Source: Mustelus asterias | Taxonomy: Eukaryota | Direction of reading: 5' to 3' | Assembly (NCBI RefSeq): GCF_964213995.1 | Contig: NC_135815.1 | Coordinates: 3,038,001-3,102,000 of the forward strand | DNA: 64,000 nucleotides | Part shown: positions 23,981 through 38,282 of the stretch, in pieces | Position numbering within the stretch: the first letter of the stretch is position 1 | Layout: each line of letters starts with the position of its first letter | Translations under genes and position numbers: made by a program | Notes under the pieces: model-generated | What the model was told of the DNA's origin: nothing | The model's input: the letters and a program-made list of their open reading frames with translations, nothing else | Database searches by the model: none

Positions 23981-25101
23981 GGGCCCCGATTTTACCATTT
24001 TCATTCGAAGTGCTGAATCTGGGCGCAATTCAGATCCGACTTGGAAATCTGCTTTCCCCCATACACACTCAGCTTGAAAAAAAAATCGCGGGTCTGAATT
24101 GCGCTGTGGGCGGGGCTTAACGTGCCCGAAACAATCAGAGCTCTGAACTGTGCATGTGCAGTTAGAAAAAGAATTGAAAATGGCGCTCCTGTCGCATCAA
24201 TCCCGGGCCGCAAAAAGCAGATAAAGTGGCCCAGGAGCGAAAAGCGGGAGCGGTGGTCCCACAGACATCACCCTCAACCCTACAACATAACTTTCTCCCT
24301 TATCCACCCACTCCCCCCCCTGCTAACCAGACCGATTGCGAGCCACTGCCCCCTTTCCCCCCCACCGATCGCCCACAAAGTGGCAGCGGACCCCCATGCC
24401 CTTGCCACCAGCCCCCCCCCTACCACCAGGGATCCATCTGGCCTCCCCCCCTACCCCCTGGCCCCCCTCCCAGACGACGATCGGGCCACCCCCCCCCCCC
24501 CAACAGAGAATGATCAGGCCTGCCTTCCCTGCCCACCCACCGCCCCCCCCTCCACCAGACGACAACCTGGCCTCCCTCTGCCCCGCCGCCCCTCCCCCCC
24601 CCAACCAGAGAGTGATCTGTCCTCCCTCCCCTGAATCCACCAGAGGTACATCTGACCCACCTCCCCCCGCCCCCCCCACCCCCACCACCAGAGAATGTTC
24701 TGGCCCGCCTCCCTCCCCATCCCCCCCCCCCCACCCACCCGGCCCCACTGATTTGAGTCAGAGAGCCGTTGGAAGCACTGAACTTACCTCTTCAGCAGCT
24801 GAAGCGGCCGAAACAGATCTTTGCCGAGCAGGTTTGTTTCGTGCCGAATCTGGACAGGTGAATGCGATGGTAAAGGGGGGAATGCTGATAAAGTTGGGTG
24901 GGCAGTTTATTAATTCAATTTAAATACATGCAAACGCATTTAAATCGTCGTTGTGCCTGTTTCGGGTGCGAATCGGATCACGGCCATTCCCAGGCCTCAG
25001 TAAAGTTGGCACCTGCACGGACGTAGGCGCAGATTGCATTAATAGCCTCACGCCCAACTTTACCATGTTTTCGCGCCCAACGCAATGGTAAAATTTGGCC
25101 C
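23981..25101. mobile_element. Non-autonomous PIF/Harbinger-like DNA transposon (1.1 kb)
   Basis: Imperfect TIRs GGGCCCCGATTTTACCATT / AATGGTAAAATTTGGCCC; 3-bp TSD ATA; no credible transposase ORF. Confidence 0.75.
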
Positions 25102-26800
25102 ATAGAGTCAGAGAGGTTTACAGCATGGAAACAGGCCCTTCAGCCCAACTTGTCTATGCTGCCCTTTTATAACCATTAAGCGAGTCCCAATTGCCTGCAT
25201 TGGGCCAATATCCTTCTGTAACCATCTTACTCATGTAACAGTCTAAATGCTTTTTAAAAGAGAAAATTGTACCCGCGTCTACTACTACCTCTGGCAGCTC
25301 ATTCCAGACACTCACCACTCTCTGCGTGAAAAAATTGTCTCTTGGGACTCTTTTGTATCTCTTCCCTCTCATCTAAAACCTATACCCTCTAGTTTTAGAC
25401 TCCCCTACCTTTGCGAAAAGATGTTGACTATTTACTTTATCTATGCCCTCATTATTTTATGCACCTCTATAAGATCACCCCTCTGCTTCCTACGTCCCAG
25501 GGAAAAAAAGTCCCAGTCTATCCAGCCTCTCCTTGTAACTCAAACCATCAAGTCCCCATAGCATCCTCGTAAATCTTTTCTGCGCTCTTTCTAGTTTAAA
25601 AATATCCTTTCTATAAATAGGGTGATTAGAACTGTACACAGTATTCCAAGTGTGGCCTTATCCATGTCTTGTACAGCTTCAACAAGACGTCCCAACTCCT
25701 GTATTCAATGTTCTTAACAATGAAGCCAAACATGCTGAATGCCTTCTTCAGCACCCTGTCCACCTGTGACTCCACTTTCAAGGAGCTATGAACCTATACC
25801 CCGAGATCTCTTTGTTCTGTAACTCTCCCCAATACCCTACCATTAACTGAGTAAGTCCTCCCCTGGTTTGATCTACCAAAATGCATCACCTCGCATTTGT
25901 CTAAATTAAACTCCACCTGCCATTCGTCAGCCCACTGGTCCAATTGATCAAGATCCCATTGCAGTCCGAGATAGCCTTCTTCACTGTCCACTATGCCACC
26001 AATCTTGGTGTCATCTGCAAACTTACTAACCATGCCTCTGATATTCTCATCCAAATCATTGATATAAATGACAAATAAAAGTGGACCCAGCACCGATCCC
26101 TGAGGCACACCGCTGGTCACAGGCCTACAGTTTGAAAAACAATCCTCTACAACCACTTCTGTTTTCTGTCATCAAGCCAATTTTGTATCCAGTTAGCTAC
26201 CTCACCCTGGATCCCATGAGATTTAACCTTATGCAACAATCTACCAGGCAGTACCTTGTCAAAAGCCTTGCTAAGGTCCATGTAGATAACGTTGACTGCA
26301 CTGTCCTCATCTACCTTCTTGGTTACCCCTTCAAAAAACTCAATCAAATTTGTGAGACATGATTTTCCACTCACAAAGCCATGCTGACTGTCCCTAATCA
26401 GTCCTTGCGTCTCTAAATGCCTGTAGATCCTGTCTCTCAGAATATCTTCCAACAATTTACCCATTACAGATCTGAGGCTCACTGGCCTGTAATTCCCAGG
26501 CTTTTCCCTGCAGCCCTCCTTAAACAAAGGCATAACATTTGCTACTCTCCAATCTTCAGGCAGCTCACCTGTGGCTGTCGATGATTCAATTATCTCTGCT
26601 AGGGGACCCACAATTTCTTCCCTAGCCTCCCACAACACCCTGGGATACACTGCATCAGGTCTGGGAATTTATCTACCTTGATGCGCTTTAAGACTTCCAG
26701 CATCTCCGTCTCTGCTGTATGTACACTCCTCAAACATCACTATTTATTTCCCCAGGTTTCCTAACATCCATGCTTTTCTCAACAGTAAATACTGATGATA
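25102..26800 (-). mobile_element. CR1 LINE ORF2 relic
   Basis: ORFs 26147-26650 (PGNYRPVSL, SQHGFV, DLSKAFDKV) and 25794-26156 ([12 protein letters not shown]). Confidence 0.9.
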
Positions 26801-28389
26801 ACAGAGATCTCAAAAGTTTTACAAAAGGCTCCCCGACAAAATTGATCAACTCAGACATTTCAGCTGAAACCTCCATCTAATCCATCAACTAGATTGTACC
26901 CCCCCAAACACCTGGCCAGCAGTATTTGTCAAACGCATTGCGTGCCTTGCCCGCAGTGTACCTCCCTGCCCTCAATCTGTCTCAATGTCTCAAGCCAGTC
27001 ATGATCCTATTGGAGGATAGTGGAGCTGACCTGTGGCCTTTACACCACTGTGGCTACTAAAGTTAGTAAGTGGCCACTTAAGTGCCTCATCCAACTCCCG
27101 TTGCTATTTTACCCATTACGTAGGTAGCCTGGCAGCTTTGAACATAGATTGGTGTTAGGCATGATGTGGCGAGAGAGCAATCTCCTTAGTGGATTCACAT
27201 TGGAAGCACCCCCTCCCCCCATTTAACCTTGCACTCTGGCATCTCAAACGCAGACGCCCACCCCCCCAATGCCCCTTGCTGGTGCCTGCCAGCCAGGCCC
27301 TGCCAATAGTCCAACAGACCTTCAGTCCGCCCATGGCTGCCTCTTCTTCGGGGGCTGCCTGTCTTCCCAGCAGTGACCTCTGCTCAAAGCTGGCACTGCT
27401 GGGATGACCCATCCAATTGGCTGGCAGCTCCAAGGCGAGACTCTCTCCCCAAGTGAGGCCAGAGGTCTCACGTTGAGTCAGTTGGGGGCAGCGTGGGTGT
27501 GCTCCCAAACGATTCACACAGTGCAGAAGAGTCCCTTCGGCCCATCGAGTCTGCACCAACACATTAGAAACACTTGAACTCCCATCGAATCCCACCTGCC
27601 AGCACTTGGCCCATAGTTCTGAATGACTCTTTAATCTGGGAACACAGCGTCCTATTAAATCCAGCCCAATATCCCAATGCAGCTTCCTTTGATGTTGCAA
27701 TGAATTACAGCTTATAGGTACATTTTGAACTATAGGACAGTCGAGGGCTCTGGGAAATAGGTAGGAGAGTGGCTATGAGGCCAAGATCAGGCAGGAATGG
27801 CTCGAAGGGCTGAATGGCCCACTCCTGCTGCAAGTTATTTTGTTCTCTAGTTAATTACATTTTCTATCTTGATATTGTCTACAAATTCACACCACCTCCC
27901 TCAGCCTGAGTAAACCAAAATGCTGCCAAAACAGAACCACGGGCAACTGCCACTTTCACCCACCCAAACTAAAATTCCCTTAATTCCTACTTTTTACTTT
28001 CGTCTAAGCATTTTTTAAATGCAGTTTTCTGTTCTCCCACGAATGTCACACTCCTTAATGTACTCTCGTAACGGCCCATGTGATATCCTGCCAAATGCTT
28101 TCCTGAAATGCACTGCATTTCCTAACTGACCAAGTCCTGACCTACCTCCACACTGAACTCTATGAGGTTCCACCACAGCCACTCCTCTGGAATACTATAT
28201 TTTTTCTCTTGGAGAAGTTGAGGTTTTTCCTACCGCGGATGCCAAGTCTGCAATTATCCATTTGATCTCAATCTTGTTTCAGAGTAAAAATAAATTGTGT
28301 GCTTTTTTCAGCTTCCTGAGGAAATTTCACAAGCGTCACCATGTGGCAGACTGTCCACGCACTCAGTGAAAAGATCATTATAGTGATCA

Positions 28390-29160
28390 CACACTTGCCT
28401 TGGAGTCAGAAGGTCAGGAGTTCAAGCTCCAGTTCAGGGGCATGGCTCATAATCCTGGGTGATATTCCCAGTATTGAGGGAACGCCGCATCTTCCAGATA
28501 GACAAAGAACAAGACCATAAGGACCATTAGACCATAAGACATAGGAGCAGAATTAGGCCACTCGGCCCATTGAGTCTGCTCCGCCATTCAATCACGGCTG
28601 ATATTTTTCTCATCCCCATTCTCCTGCCTTTTCCACATAACCCCTGATCCCCTTATTAATCAAGAACCTATCTATCTATCTAACAAAGAAAAGTACAGCA
28701 CTGGAACAGGCCCTTCAGCTCTTCAAGCCCGTGCCAATCATGATGCCCTAACTAAAGTAAAAAAACCTTCTGGTCTTACTCGGTCCCTATCCCTCTATTC
28801 CCTCCCTATTCATGTACATATCTTAAATGTTGCTAATGTCCCTGCTTCCACCAGCTCCTCTGGCAGTGCATTCCAGGCACCCACCACTCTCTACGTGAAA
28901 AACTTCCCCTGCACATCTCCCATAAACTTTCCCCCTCTCACCTTGAACCTGTGCCCCCTTGTAATTGACACTTCTACCCTGGGAAAAAGCCTCTGACTAT
29001 CCACCCTGTCTATGCCTCCTATAATTTTGTAGACCTACAGGCTATCTTCAGTTTGTCCTAGCAGATGGCTGTAAAAGAAAATCCTACAATCGTTTTCAAA
29101 GAAGACAAAGGGAATTTGCCACCTGTCTGAGGATTACATCATCTCTACTGGCACATCAGT
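28390..29160 (+). mobile_element. Old DeuSINE-like relic split by two minus-strand CR1 3' tails (about 28505-29040)
   Basis: gagtcagaaggtcaggagttcaagctcc..ccagtattgagggaacgccgca head; CR1 tails with (gaccataa)n. Confidence 0.5.
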
Positions 29161-29179
29161 GCACCAACAGAGCTCCACT

Positions 29180-32100
29180 TACATAGAAACTAGAAGCAGG
29201 AGGAGGCCATTCGGCCCTTTGGGCATGCTCTGCCATTCATTTTGATCATGGCAGTTCATTGAATTCAATATCTTGATCCCCCCCATCTCCCAATATTCCT
29301 TGATCTTTTTAGCCCCAAGAGCTATATCTAATTTCTTCTTGAAATCAGACAACATTTTGGCCTCAACTATTTTCTGTGGTAGTGAATTCCACACATTCAC
29401 CACCCTCTGGGTGAAGAAATTTCTCCTCACCTCAGTTCTAAAAGGTTTACCCCTTATCCTCAAACTATGACCCCTAGTTCTGGACCCCCCGCCCCTCCCC
29501 AACCTCACCATTAGGAACATTATTTCTGAATCTACCCTGTCTAACCCTGTTAGAATTTTATAATTTTCTATGAGATCCCCTCTCACTCCTCTAAGCTCCA
29601 GTGAATATAATCCTAACTGACTCAGTCTCTCCTCATATGACAGACTTGCCATCCCAAGAATCAGCCAGGTAAACCTTCACTGTACTCTCTGTATAGCAAG
29701 GACATCCTTCCTCACATAAGGACACCAAAACTGCACACAATACTCCAGGTGTGGCCTCACCAACACCCTATACAATTGCAGCAAAGCATCCCTATCCCTA
29801 TACTCAAATCCTCTCGCTATGAAGGTCAACATACCATTTGTCTTCTGTGCTGCCCGCTGTATCTGCGTGCTTACTTTCAGCGACTGATGCACGAAGACAC
29901 CAAGGTCTTGCTGAGTATCCACCTCTCTCAATTTACACCCATTCAAGTAATAATCAGTCTTCCTATTATTGCTACCAAAGTGGATAACCTCACATTTATC
30001 CACATTATACTGCATCTGCCATGCAGATGCCCACACACTCAGCCTGTCCAAATCACACTGAAGCATCTCTGCATCCTCCTCACAGCTCACCCTCCCACCC
30101 AACTTTGTATCATCTGCAAACCTGAAGCTAATACATTTAGTTCCCACTTCCAAATCATTAATATATAATGTGAACAGTTGGGGTCCTAGTACAGATCCAT
30201 GCGGAACCCCATTAGTCACTGTCAGAAAAAGATCCATTTATGGAAGCTCTTTGCTTCCTATCTGCTAACCAGCTTTCTATCTATCTCAAGACATTACCTG
30301 CAAACTGATATGCTTGAACTTTACATTGTAGTCTATTACATGAGACCTGGTTAAAAGCTTTCTGAAAGTCTAAATAAACCACATCCATCCACTGGTTCTC
30401 TTTGGTCAACTCCACTAGTTACATCCTCAAAAAATTCAATAGATTCACAAGCATGATTTCCCCTTTGTAAATCCATGCTGACTTTGTCTGATTATACCAC
30501 TGCCTTCCAAATGCCGAGTTATGAAATCCTCGATAATAGACTCTCGCAACTTCCTCAGTACTGACGTTAGGCTCAATATAGTTCCCTGTTTTCTCTCTCC
30601 CTCTCTTTTTGAATAACAGGCTTACATTAGCTACCCTCCAAACAATAGAAACCCGTCCAGAGTTCAAAGAATTTTGGAAAATAACCACGAATGGATCTAC
30701 AATTTCCAGAGCCACTTCCTTAAGTAGAACATAGAACATAGAACATTACAGCGCAGAACAGGCCCTTCGGCCCACGATGTTGCACCGACCAGTTAAAAAA
30801 AAAAACTGTGACCCTCCAACCTAAACCAATTTCTTTTCGTCCATGAACCTATCTACGGATCTCTTAAACGCCCCCAAACTAGGCGCATTTACAACTGATG
30901 CTGGCAGGGCATTCCAATCCCTCACCACCCTCTGGGTAAAGAACCTACCCCTGACATCGGTTCTATAACTACCCCCCCTCAATTTAAAGCCATGCCCCCT
31001 CGTGCTGGATTTCTCCATCAGAGGAAAAAGGCTATCACTATCCACCCTATCTAAACCTCTAATCATCTTATATGTTTCAATAAGATCCCCTCTTAGCCGC
31101 CGCCTTTCCAGCGAAAACAATCCCAAATCCCTCAGCCTCTCCTCATAGGATCTCCCCTCCATACCAGGCAACATCCTGGTAAACCTCCTCTGCACCCTCT
31201 CCAAAGCCTCCACATCCTTCCTGTAATGTGGGGACCAGAACTGCACACAGTACTCCAAGTGCGGCCGCACCAGAGTTGTGTACAGTTGCAACATAACGCT
31301 ACGACTCCTAAATTCAATCCCCCTACCAATAAACGCCAAGACACCATATGCCTTCTTAACAACCTTATCTACTTGATTCCCAACTTTCAGGGATCTATGC
31401 ACACATACACCTAGATCCCTCTGCTCCTCCACACTATTCAAAGTCCTCCCGTTAGCCCTATACTCAACACATCTGTTATTCCTACCAAAGTGAATTACCT
31501 CACACTTCTCCGCATTAAACTCCATCCGCCACCTCTCGGCCCAACTTTGCAACCTGTCTAAGTCTTCCTGCAAACTACGACACCCTTCCTCACTGTCTAC
31601 CACACCACCGACTTTGGTGTCATCAGCAAATTTGCTAATCCACCCAACTATACCCTCATCCAGATCATTAATAAATATTACAAACAGCAGTGGCCCCAAA
31701 ACAGATCCCTGAGGTACACCACTTGTAACCGCACTCCATGATGAATATTTACTATCAACCACCACCCTCTGTTTCCTATCCGCTAGCCAATTCCTGATCC
31801 AATTTCCTAGATCACCCCCAATCCCATACATCTGCATTTTCTGCAGAAGCCTACCATGGTGAACCTTATCAAACGCCTTACTAAAATCCATATATACCAC
31901 GTCCACTGCCTTGCCCCCATCCACCTCCTTGGTCACTTTCTCAAAAAACTCAATAAGGTTAGTAAGGCACGACCTACCTGCCACAAAACCATGCTGACTA
32001 TCACCTATCAATTCATTACTCTCCAAATAACTATAAATCCTATCCCTTATAATTTTTTCCAACATCTTGCCGACAACAGAAGTGAGACTCACCGGTCTAT

Positions 32101-32270
32101 AATTCCCGGGGAAGTCTCTGTTCCCCTTCTTAAACACTGGGATGAAGATTATCAGGACCTGGAGATTTATCCATCTTCAATCCCATCAATTTCCCCCAAA
32201 TCATTTCTCTAAAAGTGCTGATTTCCTTCAGCTCCTCAATAAAACTTGTTTCTCTCAGAACTTCTGCTAA
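29180..32270 (-). mobile_element. Older CR1 ORF2 relic hosting a younger CR1
   Basis: ORFs 29179-29652, 29677-30237 and 30419-30739; continues after 32136. Confidence 0.8.
30725..32135 (-). mobile_element. Young CR1 LINE with uninterrupted 438-aa RT ORF (5'-truncated)
   Basis: ORF 30821-32137 with RT motifs [32 protein letters not shown]; (ttctatg)n tail. Confidence 0.93.
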
Positions 32271-32956
32271 TGAACAATGCAAACACAGATTTTCTGGTCC
32301 CAATTTCTCTGGGTATTGTATTGGTGTTGTTCAATGTGCCTCAACTGGCTGATAAGCGGTTCAGAAATCCTTCCCCCACTTCACCCCACTGTTCCCCAAA
32401 GAGTAAAAATTAGTGTGGAATGACAAAACGCAAAAAGAAAATGCTGTAAGTAAAATCCTCCAGTTATGCAAATGCATCATATAAAGTAAATGGAGTGAAA
32501 CAGAAAGCGATCCCAAATCAATGGGGATACAGGAAGAATATTTTTTTTCCAATTGCTATGTTAGAAATCGTATTGTTTTAGTTTCTGAGAAAACAGATGT
32601 GACATTTTCAGACAATATGCTTGGGCATCATTAACCTCTTCTAAACATACACAGAATCGACATAATACAGGTCACTGGGTCAAAGCAATCCATCTTGATG
32701 CTTATCCTCAACTGAGCATTATTCCAAATTCCTTCCAATTTCCATATCCTTTATGTTCACAACCATCGACTAATCCATTCGTAAATAGTGACCCAACCAC
32801 CAACTCCACACAACCATTTGATATTAAAATGTTCCTCCCACTCTCTGTCCCAAATTTTACATTTAATCTTATATCTGTGACCCCCTCATTCTCAGCCTCA
32901 ACCGTTGAAACCAGATGATGTATGGCTTTGGACTCCACGCAGTGTTTTTAAACTGT

Positions 32957-33220
32957 AGAATCATAGAATACCTACAGTGCAGAAGGAGGCCATTCAGTCC
33001 ATCCAGTCTGCACTGACTCTCTGACAGAACATCCCACCCAGGCCTTTTCCCCCGAAATCCCACATAATTACCCCACCAACCCCCCTAACCTACACATCTA
33101 AGGGACAACTTAACATGGCCAACCTGCACATCATTGGAATGTGGGAGGAAACCTGAGCACTCAGACGGAACCCACGCAGACACAGGGAGAATATGCAAAC
33201 TCCACACAGATACCCAAGAT
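32957..33220 (-). mobile_element. HE1-type SINE, 5'-truncated
   Basis: HE1 body and tail on the minus strand. Confidence 0.75.
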
Positions 33221-33569
33221 AGTCTTAATAATATTCTCTACTTCACCATTATACCCTGACTTTTTTATTCTATACTTCCAGCCATATATCCTGGTACCCC
33301 ATTTCTAACGTGTTGGTGCAGACTCGATGGGTTGAAGGGCCTCTTCTGCGCTGTATGATTTTACGATTAGCATTTTTATTCAATTGTGAGATGCAGAGAG
33401 TGTAGGATAATAATATTTTAGAATTATAACTGCTATTTCCAATAATCTCTCTCATTTCTTCATCAATTCATTCCTGTTACTGGGGGACTTCAATACAGGA
33501 ATGTACAATCCCTCTTTTCCCACATTGACTGTCTAAGCCCATTTTATGATGTGAACCAACCCTCCTCAC

Positions 33570-34990
33570 TGCAGCATCCTGAGATACAGGGGTAATGCCA
33601 GAGGACTGGAGAATTGCAAACATCACAGCCTTTTTCAGACCATTCAGTTTAACCTCAGTTGTCAGGAACCTTTTAGAGACCAAAAAACAGGATAAAATTA
33701 ACAAGTTGTTTGGGAAAATGCAGCTTAATTAAGAAAAGCCAGCATGGACCAGTTAAGGGAAAATTGTGTTTAGCCAATTTGCTTGGGTTTTTTGATGATG
33801 TAACAGAGGGAAGATAAAGGTAATGCAGTTGATGTGGTAACATGCACTTGCAAAAGGTATTTTGATAAAGTGCTACGTGAAGTTTCTTAAACACATTAGA
33901 GCCCTGGAAATAAAAGGGAGAGCAACAGCATGGATATGAGGATTACTAAATGGAAGGGAACAAAAAGGAGTGGCGAATGGATGTGGTTTCGACTGAAGAA
34001 AGGTTTATAATAGCGCTCCCCTTAGCTAAGTGTTAGGCCACTTGTTTTTCCTGGTACATATTAATGATGTCGGCTTGGGTATACAGGGCCCCCTTTCAAA
34101 AATTTGCAGATGACAAAAACATGCGATGTTTTGTGAATTGATTGTTGATGTTGTAAAGCCTCAGAAGGACACAGACTAGTGGAATAGATAGAAGGGTGGG
34201 GGATGAACTTTAATGTAGAGAAGTGTGAAGCAATTCATTTTGGCAAAAGAAATGAGGAGAGTATCATATAGCACAAAGATTATAATTCTAAAAGGGATGC
34301 AGGAGCAGAGGGACCTGGCTGCATAAATTCATAAGTCATTGAACGTGGCAGAACAGATAGAGAAATCAGTTAACAAGTTATACACACGGGATCCTGGGTT
34401 TTATTAATCGGGGCAGAGAGTATAAAAGCAAGGAGGTTATTTATGTTGAAATTGTGAAAAACACTGGCTCAGCCTCAGTTGGAGTGTGGCTTGTTCTGGG
34501 CATCCCACTCTCGGATTAGAGAGAGTACAGGAACAATTCATAACGGTTCCAGGGAGGAGGAATATTGGTTACATGCATAAATTGGAGAAGTTGGAGATGT
34601 TCTCCTTGGAGAAGGTTGAGAGGAGAGTTGATAGAGATGCTCAAAATCATGAGGCGTCTGGAACAGAGTAGATCGGGAGAAACTTCCTATTGGGGGAAGG
34701 ATTGAGAACCAGAAGACACAAATTGAAGGTGAACGGGAAAAGAAGCAACTGCAACACAACGAGAACCATTTTTCACACAGCGAGTGGTTAGGATCTGGAA
34801 TGCACTGTCTGAGAGTGTGGTGGAAGTAGGTCCAATTGAGACTTTCAAAAGAAAATTGTATAGCTATCTATACAGAAAAATATTGCAGTGCTACAAGGAA
34901 AAGGACCAGTTGAGTTGCTCTTTGAGAGCCAGTATAGACCTGAAGGGCAGAATGGCCTCCTTTTGTGCCTTAACCATTCTATGATTTTAG
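33570..34990 (+). mobile_element. Highly degraded CR1 RT relic
   Basis: Recognisable CR1 segments (aaatttgcagatgac; 3' UTR gggcagaatggcctcc..ttctatga). Confidence 0.65.
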
Positions 34991-35939
34991 GTATTTACCT
35001 CTTGGTGACATCACCACAACCTCGTCTTATTCCAATCCCTTTAAAAAGTACTCTAACCTGCTCCAATTATTTTCCACTCCTGCTCAGTTAGCAATCATGT
35101 CATGATGAGTGTTATTATTTCGATATCCTGTGACATAATTGCTCTGATTACCCTGTTCATTTCTCACACTGAACAATACAGTTTTTCTGCTGGTATCTGA
35201 TCCCATTATGATGTGATATCCTACTTCTGATCCCTGCATTCCTTCTCCATGCTATTCTTTTACTATCTTTTTTATATTGACATATTCATTTAATCTACTT
35301 CCAAATTCCCTACATTGATCTTTCTGAATGTTTTTTTATTTTCCCCCATCTTCTGTCCTACTCTAAATGATTCTTCACTTTGCAGTCCATTAACTCCCAC
35401 ACTGGGTGGAAGTCTCCGTCGCTGAGACTAAGTGTAGTGTCAGGTGCTCGGGCAATGCCTTTCCTGCTGGCCAGAATGGCAGATCCCACACCAGAATTTG
35501 CGCTTGGAATCTTATTAATTATGCCCAGGTGCTTTCCCTCGGAGTCACTTTGCAGGTCAGGATTCATCCATCCACCCTCAGCTGATGGGTTTGAAGGCCC
35601 CAGCCCCATATTGAAATCCCAGTCCAGCACACTCACATCACTCTCTCCAGCCCAGCTGTCTTTCCCAGACTATGCAGACGGCCTGCGTGTCTGTGTGTAT
35701 TCCCTTCCCGTAAACAATATGGTTTCTCTTCGACTCACGTGTTTGTGAGCTTTTCCAGCAGCTTTGTCAGAGTCCAGCTTTCCCGCACCCCCACCGGTCT
35801 TCCCTCTGCCTTCCATTGTTCATCTTCTTCATCCATCCCCTTCCATCTCTGCCGACTATTATGAGCTCCTCCTCCCCCTCTTGCACAGTCCTCCCTCCAT
35901 TGCCCCACTTGTCTTGGGCAGGCCAAACCCCTACTTCAC

Positions 35940-36475
35940 CTACCGCACTTGGAATATAGTGTTCAATTCTGGTCGCCACGCTACCAGAAGGATGTGGAGG
36001 CTTTGGAGAGGGTACAGAAAAGATTTACCAGGTTGTTGCCTGGTATGGAGGGCATTAGCTCTGAGGAGAGGTTGGAATGACGGAGGTTGAGGGGCGGCCT
36101 GATAGAAGTCAACAAGATTATGAGGGGTATGGACAGAGTGGATAGTCTGAAGCTATTTCCCAGTGTGGAAGAGTCAATTACTAGGGGGCATAGGATTAAG
36201 GTGCGAAGGGCGAGGTTTAAAGGAGATGTACGAGGTAAGTTTTTTTACACAGAGGGTGGTGGGTGCCTGGAACTTGCTGCCGGGGAAAGTAATGGAAGCA
36301 GATGCGATAGTGACTTTTAAGGGTGGCTTGACAAATACATCAAAAAGGATGGGAATGGAGGAATATGGTCTCCGGAAGGATAGAGGGTTTTAGTTCAGTC
36401 GAGTAGTATGGTTGGTGCAGGCTTGGAGGGCCAAAGGACCTGTTCCTGTGTTGTAATTTTCTTTGTTCTCTGTTC
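35940..36475 (+). mobile_element. CR1 3' fragment
   Basis: RGGLIEVNKIMRGMDRVD..TRGHR; CR1 tail. Confidence 0.8.
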
Positions 36476-36558
36476 TTATTGCACCCGCAACCTCCCCGGG
36501 TGTACTTCAGACTTTTGTTGTAGTGGCTGCATGAGTCCTGCAGCATACTGCAGATCAC

Positions 36559-36920
36559 AGAATCATAGAAACCCTACAGTGCAGAAGGAGGCCATTCGGC
36601 CCATCGAGTCTGCACCGACCACAATCCCACCCAGGCCCTACCCCCATATCCCTCCATATTTACCCGCTAATCCCTCTAACCTACGCATCTCTGGACTCTA
36701 AGGGGCAATTTATAGCCTGGCCAATCAACCTAACCCACACATCTTTGGACTGTGGGAGGAAACTGGAGCACCTGGAGGAAACCCACGCAGACACAAGGAG
36801 AATGTGCAAACTCCACACAGACAGTGACCCAAGCCGGGAATCGAACCCAGGTCCCTGGAGCTGTGAAGCAGCAGTGCTAACCACTGTGCTACCGTGCCGC
36901 CCCACTGTGCTACCGTGCCG
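36559..36920 (-). mobile_element. HE1-type SINE with duplicated 5' head
   Basis: Full SINE; ccactgtgctaccgtgccg is present twice in tandem at 36881-36920. Confidence 0.88.
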
Positions 36921-38282
36921 ATAGACACTGGTGTGTGGCACCAGGAGGAAGGGGGCCTCTGTACTCCCCAACCCCAGGCTCAGTACTGATCTGACTTGGT
37001 GACACAGGAGGGTCCATAGGTCCAGCAGCACGGTGCTGACCCTGAAGACCAGCTGGGCTTGGAGACGGAGGTAGGAACTGGTCTTCCCGGGCAGAATGGT
37101 GAACAGCGCATCAGGAGAAGCGCAGCGCTATAGCAGGAAGTTGTTTCACTCACCCCGAAGTCTCTGGTGAACTGAGAACCACCTTGTACACGTCGCCCAT
37201 CAACAATCGGGTTTGACGCCAACATGATTTCCCATTGGTCTGTAGCAAGATTGGAAGTCCTGACGGGACACTGGGCGGGCGGCTGTTTAATGAGCATTCA
37301 TCAGAGGCAAATGAATGCAAATATGTTCACACCTCCAGACAACAGGAAAGCCAATCCACCATTAACCCGCCACTGGGAAAATAGCAACGGGATTTTACGC
37401 TGGCGGGTTTCTGACCTTTTGGCTCCCGCTTGATTCTTCGCTCCTGTCCACCACCAAACACGCCACGGGCAAGATGGAAGGATTCCACTGTTTCCATTCT
37501 TATAGAATAGCTTCCTCAGTCCCAGTGTCAACGCCTCAAACCAGCTGTCTCCCTCATACAAACCCCACAGCTAAGATTGAGTCCCCATGATCATCTGAAA
37601 ATGCCACGGTCTTCAGTCACCCTATTCTTAATCATGGACCCCAGCAACTTCTCAACACCAACTGCCAGGCTAACTGGTCGATAATTTTCTGAATCCCCCT
37701 CCCCCGTCTCCCCAACTAATCTTCTTTATCCCAGCACAAGGCTGCAAGAGTAATCCAAACTCTATATCATTCTCACTATACTGTTCCTAAACTAGTTTTC
37801 AAATTTCCATTGCTGAACCAGGCCTTTACTTCCCGATATTGTCGGCTCCCACATGGACAATGCTAACTGGCTGCCACTGCTTTCCCCTCCACCATTCCAG
37901 AATCTCTTCACTTTCTCCTGAAACATTCCTAGGAGTCATCAAAGCATCTGGGAATCTGTGCCGAGAACATATCGTACCCACTCTTCAAAATATCAAATCT
38001 ATCAGTGCTACATACAACCCTAGCTCACCCCGCTCCTCACAATTTCTTCTCTTTTGGTCTCCTTGTCCTGTTCAGAGTCTTCACAATTACATTTGTAACT
38101 TATTGGAGATGGTAAGTTGCTCCAGACATTCTGCTAAGAAAGATGAGAGAGAGGATTCAGGGAATTATTGACCAGTTAGCCTAACATCTCTTATTGGGAA
38201 AAACTAGGATCCAAAACTGAGGATAGGGTGACTGATCACCTTGAACATTTTCAGCATGGGGTACGTAACGCTTGATTTTTAA

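Noticed and set aside
24122-24923. Long Pro-rich and Gly-rich ORFs
   Set aside because: Artefacts of C-rich low-complexity sequence inside a non-autonomous transposon
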